Assembly (NCBI GenBank): GCA_951406725.2
Contig: OX597823.1
Coordinates: 124,001 to 188,000, forward strand
Direction: 5' to 3'
Source of the DNA: Octopus vulgaris
Lineage: Eukaryota
Length of the DNA: 64,000 nt
Numbering within the stretch: position 1 is the first letter of the stretch; every line of letters begins with the position of its first letter. The translations under genes were made by a program, and so were the position numbers. Positions 1 through 11,000 of this stretch are shown in pieces. Under the pieces are notes generated by a model, which did no database searches, was not told where the DNA came from, and was given only the letters and a program-made list of their open reading frames with translations.

Positions 1-260
1 AGAGCGTTTGGAATGTGTTTTACGTTTCTCTAACTCACACTGACTCTTTCAGCCAAAAGATCTTGCAACTTTCAGAAAACAAGAAATTTTCTAAATCACC
101 CTGCTTAGCCTTTAAATGAAAAGGCTTAGCATTGCTTTTCATTTCAATAGGAAGCAAAGGGCCTGTCATTGTTATTTTCTGAAATAGAAGTTCAATAAAA
201 AAAGTTGTCAAATAAAATAATGACTAAAAATACATGTGTCCTCAAATACCGTCTGCACCC

Positions 261-262
<2 letters not shown>

Positions 263-324
<62 letters not shown>

Positions 325-350
325 TATGTGTATATACACGCACACACACA

Positions 351-397
<47 letters not shown>

Positions 398-464
398 GTA
401 TATGTGTATATGTATTTATGTATATGTATATGTGTATATGTATTTATGTATATATATGTATATC

Positions 465-536
<72 letters not shown>

Positions 537-545
537 TATGTATAT
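263..545. repeat. Compound (TA)n/(CA)n/(TG)n microsatellite
   Basis: Directly visible dinucleotide runs; source of the YIYI ORFs. Confidence 0.95.
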
Positions 546-695
546 AATAATAACAATAATAATAAAACTAATTTTAATTTTAAGTTGGATTCTAGGCATA
601 ATATTGACAATATTAAAGGTAGAAAGCATATGGGATGGAAGAGAAATAGGGTTTCTGCCAAAAATAACAATTTGATAGGTAACCCACATAGTGAT

Positions 696-1645
696 AACGA
701 TGCACTATGGCTAATAATCCCATATGCAATGCAGATTATAACAGATATAGTTAGAACAATACATAACTTACTATATAGGCACTTTGTTAAGGGTAAGAAT
801 AAATTTGGCCCAATAATTAACAATAAAACTATTAGAATAGGATATAGCATTACGCATAATTTAGCCACCATCATTTCCTCCTTTAATAACAGGAAATTAG
901 ATTGCTTCTATAATGATAGAAAGATAAATTTGGGTAGTAGTAATTTGCCTCTCTATAACCGTAGAGGCAATAAATCTATTAGTGCGAACGTGAGCAACCC
1001 TCACGCTGGTTATAATAGTACTACACCTGTAACGACAAATATTAATCTAATGGATGATACTGCTATCTGCAATAGCAATCCTATTGATAAGAATATCGCC
1101 AATAATATTAAACATAAACTCTCGTTAAATTTAAGATTAGGTAGTGGAAATAGGTGTAATATTATTAATAGGAATAGGGATACAGGGAATTTTGCCAAGG
1201 TTAAATTTCCTCAATCTGTTAATAGCTGCAATTGCAGAAACAGGAATCAATGTGTGTTTAGTAATGAATGCCTGAGGAAAGAGGCAGTTTATCAATGCAC
1301 TGTAAATACACAATATAACAGTAGGGTGTACATTGGTGCGACTAAAAATAGTATGAAACAACGGCTAAACTATCATAGATATACTTTTAAAAATAAAAAT
1401 AGGATGAATTCTACGGGGTTAAGTACGTATATTTGGAAACTCAAGAGTAAGAACATAGATTTTAAGTTAAATTGGGAAATACTAACTTCTGCACCTGTAT
1501 ACAATAGTAAAAATAAAAAATGCTCTTTATGTATCAATGAAATTTTCTTCATCATCAAAGCTGGCCTACCCATTATTAATAATATTAACGAGCGGAATTT
1601 TTTTGCCTTCACAAACTAGCGTATACTTTCTCTAGATTTAAATAG
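696..1645 (+). pseudogene. Penelope-like linker plus GIY-YIG endonuclease ORF remnant
   Basis: Open to 1619. A -1 shift at the T7 run 1598-1604 would give [13 protein letters not shown] ending at 1645. Asn-rich insert before the Cys cluster. Confidence 0.8.
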
Positions 1646-3483
1646 CACCTATTTTTTCTACCAGTAATCCTTTAACATTCCTCTATATAGGATTGTACTA
1701 TTGGTTTTTATAATTTATAATTTTGTATCTCCATATATATGTTCTATATTGATTGTTTTTGTCTCGGCCTGAAAAATATACTGAAATATATATGTATTTT
1801 GATATATACATGATATTCTGATCTTCACGGAGTTTTCCACGGGTGTAGGGTGTATATGCGCATCATATCTTAGGGCGCTGGTTTGGGATTTTGTTATACC
1901 AATATGTAACAAATGTGGGTCTATATTTAATATATGTTGTTTATTTTGGATGAGCATATAAGTTTTTGCATGTATTTGTTTGGCAGCCTTACATATTAAG
2001 TTTATCTTTGTACTCATCTTAATTTGTATTTTATTTTATTTATCCATATATAGATATATATAATAAACCTTTACATAAATAAATAACGTGAAATACACGA
2101 AGGGACGAACAAAAAGACAAACGGGTCATTCAAAGCCTTTGTTCTTCAGTCAGAAACTGATTCCTTATTTTTTATTTATTAATTAAAAAAAATTTTTTTT
2201 ATTTGTTTATTTATTTATTTTATTTTATTTTTTAAGTAATAGCACTTATTAACTTATAATTAATTTACTTATATCTTAATTAATAGTAATTTCTGTTAAC
2301 TTATTGTGTATGTATTTATACGTCCTTTGATGGGCAGACATATATTTTGTAATTTAGTAAATATATGTGGATATGTCGAAATGTGTTAATATGTATATGT
2401 ATGTGTATATATGTTTTTGTATGTATATGTATATTCATGGGTGGATATATGTGTATATGTTTTTCTTATACGTATGAGTACACAAATGCATATTTAAATA
2501 TGTATATACGTATATGCGAATGTTTGCAGATACAGTGCATGCGAGTGTATAAATGTTTATGGATATGTGCGGATGTGTGTGTGTGTATATATATGTTAGT
2601 ATAGTTTTCCCATGCCTGTGCTGGTTTATTAGTGAAAGTTTGAATAGAAACACAGTAGAAATTGTAACGATATAGAAGTTTCAGTGGCAAGATAATTTGT
2701 TTACGAAATATACGGTGTTTTTAATTATGTATCTTATGCTAATAACGTACATCGACTGGGTATAGATGTCTGTGTGCTTGCATGTATGCATTTTTATGGA
2801 TATATGTGAGTAGATTTGTATGTAAGCATGTGTGTGTATGTGTGTGGGCTGGTATCTCTTATGTTGTGATTTGTCTGTGTATGTGCGTGTGGGCGCACGT
2901 TTGCAAGTGTGCGTGTGTGGATGTTTCTTAACAAACCAACCGTAAAGAAGACAATTGTAATTTAAATTTAAATGTACAAGCCAATCATATTTTAGCGTTC
3001 GATTCTTACTATTTCTGAACGTAATACTGTATTTGTGTCGCAGTTGAAATTATAAATTTGCACTCGTATGTACATCTGTACACCTGTGGAACTTAATATC
3101 ATGTAAACCGAATGCTTTTATTTCTCATTTTGTATGTATATGCAGATATTTAATGCTTTGCATGGTACTGTAGTACTATTGTGGTCCGTGGTTTTGCTAT
3201 TATATTGCTAATAATGTGATCTAAATATTGTTTTGCTAGTATTAGTGTTATTAATAATAAGAATAATGATATTGGTAGCATTAGTGATAATGATAACAGT
3301 AATGATGTTAACATTAATGACATTTTGTAAATTAATATAGATTAATATAATAGACTCTTGACTCTGTATATTTGCATTTGGGTATTAATATGTGTATGTT
3401 TTCTACATTGTAATATCATAATATTAAGTTGAAAAACTGTAACATTGAATATGGAACATATGTATGTTTATTGATTTATATTT

Positions 3484-3876
3484 TTATTCTTTTATTCTTT
3501 TACTTGTTTCAGTCATTTGACTGCGGCCATGCTGGAGCACTGCCTTTAGTCGAGCAAATCGACCCCAGGACTTATTCTTTGTAAGCCCAGTACTTATTCT
3601 ATCGGTCTCTTTTGCCGAACCGCTAAGTGACGGGGACATAAACACACCAGCATCGGTTGTCAAGCAATGCTAGGGGGACAAACACAGACATACACACACA
3701 CACACATATATATATACATATATACGACAGGCTTCTTTCAGTTTCCGTCTACCAAATCCACTCACAAGGCATTGGTCGGCCTGGGGCTATAGCAGAAGAT
3801 ACTTGCCCAAGTGGGACTGAACCCGGAACCATGCGGTTGGTTAGCAAGCTACTTACCACACAGCCACTCCTGCGCC
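3484..3876 (-). mobile_element. tRNA-derived SINE, family A (Octopus-type), nested in the Penelope-like 3' region
   Basis: On -: GGCGCAGGAGTGGCTGTGTGG (A box), GGTTCAGTCCC (B box), TTGGGCAAGT core, internal (TG/TA)n. Similar copies at 26781 and 28988. Confidence 0.88.
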
Positions 3877-4008
3877 TTTATTATTTATATTATTATGTAT
3901 ATGTATAGGAGTATGAGTATATGCACTCATATGTATGTGTATATAATATATTATGTGTATGTACCCACACCTATATAAGTGTGTATGTAATCTGATTTGT
4001 ATCACATA

Positions 4009-4135
4009 ATCTCCGAAGAGGCCTTAGGATATTTTTGTAAATGTCTCATTTATAACTACATATTGACCTATCACACATGGCTAATATAAGTAAAATGAGA
4101 CACCCTTATCTGCATGGCCAAAACAGCTGTAAGAT
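4009..4135 (+). ncRNA. Degenerate type I hammerhead ribozyme with extended stem II
   Basis: ATCT-CCGAAGA-GGCC...GGCC-AAA-ACAGCTGT-A-AGAT: stem I ATCT/AGAT, palindromic stem III, GUA cleavage triplet; U4C and G12A core changes. Confidence 0.6.
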
Positions 4136-4513
4136 GTAGTTTATATTTATTTATATTCTCTTATACATATTGTACTTATTGTATCATATTACTCCTTCAT
4201 GTACACTGTTTTGTTCTATATTATTATGTTTGACCTTAAAGTTTCTTATGTAGTGGTTTAATAAAGTATGTGATTGGGTATTATCTGGTAGTTGATATTT
4301 GATTTAGATGTATTTCTCCATTTTCTTATTTTGTATTAGTAATTTGTGGTAAAACATTTTACCTTTGCCCATATAATACAGTAAATGAATTAATTGCATC
4401 GCAATCCTTAACATTTATGTATTAACTTTGTTGGGTACTTCACTGGCAGTATATTGGATATATGTTATCCCATGGAGGGTTGCATTTACAGCCCCTATCT
4501 CAATTTGTAACTA

Positions 4514-4559
<46 letters not shown>

Positions 4560-4956
4560 GTGTGTGTGCTGTGTTTGCTTTTTAGCTAGTTCACCTTCTG
4601 CAATCATACTTAAGCCAGGTTTTTCTTTTATTTGATATTTACTTATGAGTATTTTTTTTTAGATGGATTCCCTTTTCATTTGATGGGAGTACATTACTTC
4701 ATTTTCCAATATTTTAAGGACACATTTATTACCCTAGACTGTTAGTATAAAGGGAAGAATAGTTGATTCTCTGGTCTGAAAGCTTGCAACAGAGTGAAGT
4801 TTGTTGAAAATAGTCAAGTGGCCAACAATGAACTCAGACAAGCAATAATGAAGTTATGTCTGTATGTAATGTGCTTAGGGTTTTTATTTTTTAGAAATCA
4901 GAAAAATTCATGGCGTTTTTTCCATTTCTAATGTTTTTTTTTTTTCTGCCTTTCAG

Positions 4957-5038
4957 GAACCCAATTTGTCTTACCTTACCAAGTGTCCTGAAAGGCCCCC
5001 AATTCGTGTATTGTCATTGTTTGATGGTATTGGAACAG
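4957..5038 (+). CDS. DNMT3: DNMT3 exon, motif I: [27 protein letters not shown]
   Basis: Long polypyrimidine tract then tttcag acceptor; gtaata donor; SAM-binding FxGxG motif. Confidence 0.95.
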
Positions 5039-8000
5039 GTAATATACATCCTAAATTTTCACCAGTTACTCTTATCATACTGGCAAGGCATGGCTGCATG
5101 GTTGAGAAATTTACTTCTCAGTATTTAACAGTGTAACATGAAAACAAATATACTGCTGCACAGGATGTTCAGGCTAAATTTGATGATTTTCTATCTCCAT
5201 TATTTTTTCAAAAACAGCTTGATGTATTAGTGAAGAGTGTCAACAGTGTTAAGAGTGCATAAAGATTAAAGTTAGCTGACATAGAGGACTGGAAGCCATC
5301 TGCATATTGGAAAAGAGTTAGCTGTATCGTGATTCATGCTGGGAATCAAAATGCCATGTGAACACTGTAAAGGTTGCACGGCATGACATTGGACATCATG
5401 AAAGCAAGTTTCCTCAAACTGTGTCGGTCCTTGAGAATGTCTCCAGTGATATCATGCCACCCAACACTTTTGAACAGGACCTTACACACAATTTGGCTGG
5501 CTATGTGATGTGGCTGGAGAGATTTGCTGCTGGAAGGACATATGTATAGCAGCAACATTCAACTTCTTGACATACCTCCATACAGAGTCGGAGAATTTAC
5601 CAGCTCCAATTTTTGGCTTTATAATTCTCCCATTTGTAATCCCATGGATTACTACATGTGGGGTGCAGTTGAGAAAAAACACCAACCACTCTGCCTGTAA
5701 CACCAAGACTGACTTGGTGGTCAAGATGGAGGAGGTGTTCAAAGATCTCCCCTGGGACATAGTGAGGAATGCATACATCGTGTACCAAAGCTGTCTTGAG
5801 GCCGTGGTAGAAGCTGAGGGCAGTTACTTTGAATAATCTTATCTCCCAGCCATAATCTAGTTGATATTTTAAGCACATTTGTTTTCCTTTCCTTTTATAC
5901 AAACTGTCACATTTAGCCCAAACATCCTGTATGTTTGGAAATGCTAAAGGTTGATTGGCTCCTGTGGCATGTAAAAAACACCATCTGAATGTGATCGATG
6001 TCAGGCCCGCCTGACTGACCCCCTTGCTGGTGGCACATAAAAAGTCCTACTGCATTCTTGGAGTGGTTGGCATTAGGAAGGGCATCCAGCTGTAGAAACC
6101 TTGCCAGATCAGATTGGAGCCTGGTGCAACCACTGGCTCTCCAGATGTCAGTCAATCTGTCCAACCCATGCCAGCATGGAAAACGGGCATTAAACACTGA
6201 TGATGATAAAAAACAGTTACATTCAGTAGAGATATGGTATTTCAAACATTTTCCTTTTCAGAAGAACTTGATTTTTTTTGTCCAGGGAATCAGAAAACTA
6301 ATTTTGAAGTGGGAAAAACTGTTGTTGCTGATGATGGCAACTATATTTTGAACGGATGTTTTATGCTGATCTGAACTCGTTACTTTCTGACATCTCTAAT
6401 ATACAGGTGTGTGTCCCTAATATACAGGTGTGTGTATGTACCTCCTTATCTCGACATTGCATGATGTAATTCGGGCCGTGACTGCTGAGGACATGCGTAA
6501 GCTCGCAAGGAATGAAGCCAGTATGCTCCGATGGATATGTAATGTTAGTGTGCATACTCAACAGAGTGTTAGTACCTTGAGAGAAAAGTTGGACCTAAGA
6601 AGCATTAAATGTGGTGTGCAAGAGAGACGACTGTGCTGGTATGGCCATGTGGCGAGAATGGATGAGGATAGCTGTGTGAAAAAGTGTCACACCCTAGCAG
6701 TTGAGGGAACCTGTGGAAGAGGTAGACCCAGGAAGACCTGGGATGAAGTGGTGAAGCATGACCTTCGAACATTGGGACTCACCGAGTCAATGGCTAGTGA
6801 TCAGGACCTTTGGAAATATGCTGTGCTGGAGAAGACTCGGCAGGCTCAAATGAGACCATAACCTTGTGGTCTATGCCAGGGGTGTAACCAGCCCACTTAT
6901 GCATACTTTTCCTTCATTGGACACTAAACTCTGCTTGCGAAGACCTGTTGAGGCAGGTGAAATCGAAATCAAATTCGATGACTGGCATCTGTGCTAGTGG
7001 AGCGGTAAGAGCCCCATCCGAGTGTGATCGTTGCCAGAGCAACAAACTGGCTTCTGTGCCAATGGCACATAAAAAGCACCATTCAGGCGTGATCATTACC
7101 TGCATCGCCTTACTGGCACTTGTGCTGGTGGCACATGAAAAAACATTCGAACGAGGTCGTTGCCAGAGCCGCTGGACTGGCTCCTCTGCAGGTGGCACAT
7201 AAAAAGAACCATTTGAGTGTGGCCACTGCCAGTACCGCCTGACTGGCCCTCGTGCTGGTGGCACATAAAAGGTACCCACTACACTCTCAGAGTGGTTGGC
7301 GTTAGGAAGGGCATCCAGCTGTAGAAACACTACCAGATCAAGATTGAAGCCTGGTGCAGCCATCTGGTTCGCCAGCCCTCAGTCAAAATCGTCCAACCAA
7401 TGCTAGCATGGAAAGAGGATGTTAAACGATGATGATGATGATGATGATGTAATATTCTGCTAAAACATGTCAGAAATGTTGTTTGTAATTAGAAGAAAAT
7501 GTTTTCTAATTTCTATTGTTGAATGTGAAACAATTTTCATTATCTTATTTTCCAGGTAAGGTTGCCCTTGATCAACTTGGACTTACCATCAAGGAGTATT
7601 TCTCTAGTGAAGTTGATGCTGATGCTCTGATTGTAAAACGGTTTACTTATGGCCAGAGCATCAAAGAAATTGGTGACATTACTGAACTTACAGAAGTAAA
7701 GGTAACTTGCAGTTCACGCTTGTTGTTAGATTAGTGAATTTTTTTTTAAAGTATTTAGAAAAATACCATATCAAATATGGTAGAAGCTGGTGATTCAGTT
7801 CCAGATGTTTTGTTTAGTCAAATTAATGCTTGCTCAAGGTGGTGATCGGGCAGAGACGTTCACCAGGCAAAATGCTTAGCAACATTTCATCTATCTTTGC
7901 ATTCTAAGTTCAAATTCTGCTGAGGTTAACCTCATCTTTCATCCTTTTGGGGGGTCAATGTAATTGACTTACCTCCTTCCCCAAAATTACTGGCCTTGTG

Positions 8001-11000
8001 CCATAAAATGAAATTTATACTTGTCCAATCAACAATAAAGTATTAAGAAAACTGGTTAGGAAATATTTACAAATATTTGGTCTAGATGGCTGGTGATTGA
8101 TTGATTGATTGATTGATTGATTCTAGTTTCAGATTTGGCTTTCACAAAAAGTTGAGATGAAAAAGATATTTGATAAGATATAAATTGTTAGATTTAAAAT
8201 TAGAATTTATTATTTGTATTTTTTTTTTTTTAAACTTTGAAAGTAAGTTTCTTCTGTTGTCAGGTAAGCGAGTATTGTCTGCCTCAGTTCACTTAGCTAA
8301 ACACTGTGGTAAACTTGCATTCTATCTCATCCACTCACTACTACAGAAACCAAGAATTAAATACCTGCAAAGAAAACTCAAGATCTGTTGAAGAATTAAT
8401 TTCAGAGAAATGCTGTGTCATATTCTTATGTGATGGAGATGTTTGTGAGTAGGACGACATGTCCAAGAATGTTTGTAGTGTCTTGTGTGGCAGAATTGAA
8501 AGACTGACATGTTAGCATTTGAATATCAAAAAAATTTCAGAACATTCGTTTAAGCCTTAATTCTATTTCTTTTTTCTTCTTCTTTATGTCAGCTGTCAGA
8601 ACTGTGTCCCTTGGATTTGGTCATAGGTGGATCTCCTTGTAATGATTTGTCTTTGGTTAATCCTGCTCGCAAAGGATTCTCTGAAGGTATAGTTTACATA
8701 CTCTGTATATATTGCTATTGTTAAGTACCCAACCAGTATGTACGTGATTGCACACACGCACACACATATAATCATCATCATTTAATGTTTGCTTTCCATA
8801 GTGGCATGGGTTAAACGGTTTGACTGGAACTGGTAAGCCAGAGGGCTGCACCAGGTTCCAGTCTGATTTGGCATGGTTTCTATGGCTGGATGCCCTTCCT
8901 AATGCCAACCACTCCTAGAGTGTAACAGGTGCTTTCTATGTGCCACCAGCATGGGTGCCATTTACTTGACATTGACAATGAAGACTACAATTTCACTTAG
9001 TTTGACCAAGTTTTCCCAAGCACAACATCCCCAAAGGTCTTGGTTACTTGTCATCACCTCTGTTGTGCCTAACATTCAAACATCATGCTTCACCACCTCA
9101 TCTCATGTCTTCCTGGGTCTACCTTTTCCGCTGGTTCCCTCCACAGTTAGAGCTCGGCACTTCTTTAAACAGCTACCTTCTTCATCCATGTGCATCACAC
9201 AACCATGCCAGTGCATTCATCTCTCTTGCACACCACATCTAATGCCTCTTATGTCCCATTTATGCTGTCATGTGCTCACTGATATTGCACATCCAGCGAA
9301 ACATACTGGCTTCATTTCTTTCAAGCTTTTGAATGTCCTCTGCAGCCACAGCCCATGTTTCACTACTGTGGGGCACAGCTGTTTACACACAGGCATTATA
9401 CAATCTGCCTTTCATTCTGAAGGAGAGGCTGTTTGTTACCAACAGAAGTAGATGCTCTCTGGGCTTTGCTCAGCTCATTCTTATTTTAGCATCTACACTC
9501 TTGAAGCATCCATCTCCACTACTGACTTGGTTACCTTGATAATGGAAGCTATCAACTACTTCTAGGTATCCTTAAGGCATTTGATGGAGTCTTATTTTCT
9601 GTACATTTCTGATGCTGCTACACCAGTCATTGGGTATGACTACCACGCATCACAGGACCATACCAGCACAATCGTCCCTCTTGCACACCATATCTGATGC
9701 CTGTTATGCCCAGCTTTTCTCTCACGATGCTTACACTGTCATACATGCACACTCACATTGCACATCCAGCAAAGCACACTAATTTCATTGCTTTCAAGTC
9801 TACACATGTCCTGTGCAGCCACAGTCCCTGCTTCACTGCTGTTAACATACAAGCATCATACAGTTTGCCTTTCACACTGAGGGAGAGACCCTTTGTTGCC
9901 AACAGAAGTAGGAGCTCTCTGAACGTTGCCCAGCCTATTCTTATTCTAGCAGCTACACTCTCAGAACATCCACCACTACTACTGACCTGGCCACCGAGAT
10001 AACAGAAGCTATCAACTACTTTTAGGTAACCCACCCCCCTGGCATTTGATGGAGATATTGCTGCACCTCTTATGTATCCATAGCTTACTCTGCATATATC
10101 TTATGGAATTTCTACCTATGCCTTTTCTACAGATTGAGCAGGGCCATCTACCTGAGGGGATTTGTGGTTTGTCTGCTTTCCTACTTATTAAGACTTTGGT
10201 TTTTGCTAGGTTATCTCTAATGCCTATAATTACTAGACTCCTGAAACTTCTCTAGTTCTGGTAGTGATTCAGCAATAAGAACGAGATCATCAGCATAGAG
10301 GAGTTCCCAGGGGCAGCCCGTTTTAAATTCCTCTGTTACTGCTGGAGGACCATGATGAACACGAGGGGATGAGGACTGATCTTTGGTGAACCCCTATTTG
10401 TACCCTGAATTCTTTGCTATACTCATTGCCAACCTTCACCTTACAGACAACATCCCTGTACATGGCTTGTACAGCTCTCGCCAACAGCATGCCTGTCACT
10501 AGTTTCTGCATTGACCACCAGATAAGTGATTGGGGGAGCCTGTCAAAGGCTTTCTCCAAGTCAACAAAAGCCTAGCACAGAGGCTTATCTTTGGCTAGGT
10601 ATTTCTCCTGCAGCTGCCTTACCAGAAATATAGCATCAGCGGTGCTTCTCTCTGGCATAAAAGCAAACTGCATCTCATCTAGACTAACTCTCTCCCTAAT
10701 TAGTTGGGCTGTGACTCTCTCCATAACTTTCATCACCCGATCCAACAATCTGATACCCGTGTAATTATTTCTATCCAAGGCATCACCTTTCCATTTGTTC
10801 ACTATGGTGCTGCTATACCAGTCATTCGGTATAGCTCCTTCATGTACAACTTGATTAACTATACCGGTGACTAGAGCATAACCCATACCACCAGATCTTT
10901 TAACCATTTCAGTGGTTATTCCAGATGGGCCAGGGGCTTTTCCAATCTTCATATCCTTCATGGCTTTGTCTACCATGCTACTGTCTATTTGAATTACTGG

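Larger units (their letters stand above)
543..4511 (+). mobile_element. 5'-truncated Penelope-like retroelement (Naiad-like architecture) with GIY-YIG endonuclease and a long 3' region containing a hammerhead motif
   Basis: ORF has the post-RT linker (LWLIIPYA...[10 protein letters not shown]...[10 protein letters not shown]), CNC-x5-C-x5-C, and VY...VYIG...KQRLNYH...[11 protein letters not shown]...WEIL...CSLCINE. No RT present. Bounded by (TA)n on both sides. The 3' limit is inferred. Confidence 0.75.

Noticed and set aside
205-545. N-terminal YIYI part of the 461-aa ORF and overlapping ORFs
   Set aside because: Chance in-frame fusion of a (TA)n tract to the Penelope-like ORF.
2100-2165. 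Possible minus-strand hammerhead (CTGAAGA...GAAT)
   Set aside because: GAAA and stem III cannot be formed convincingly; too degenerate to call.
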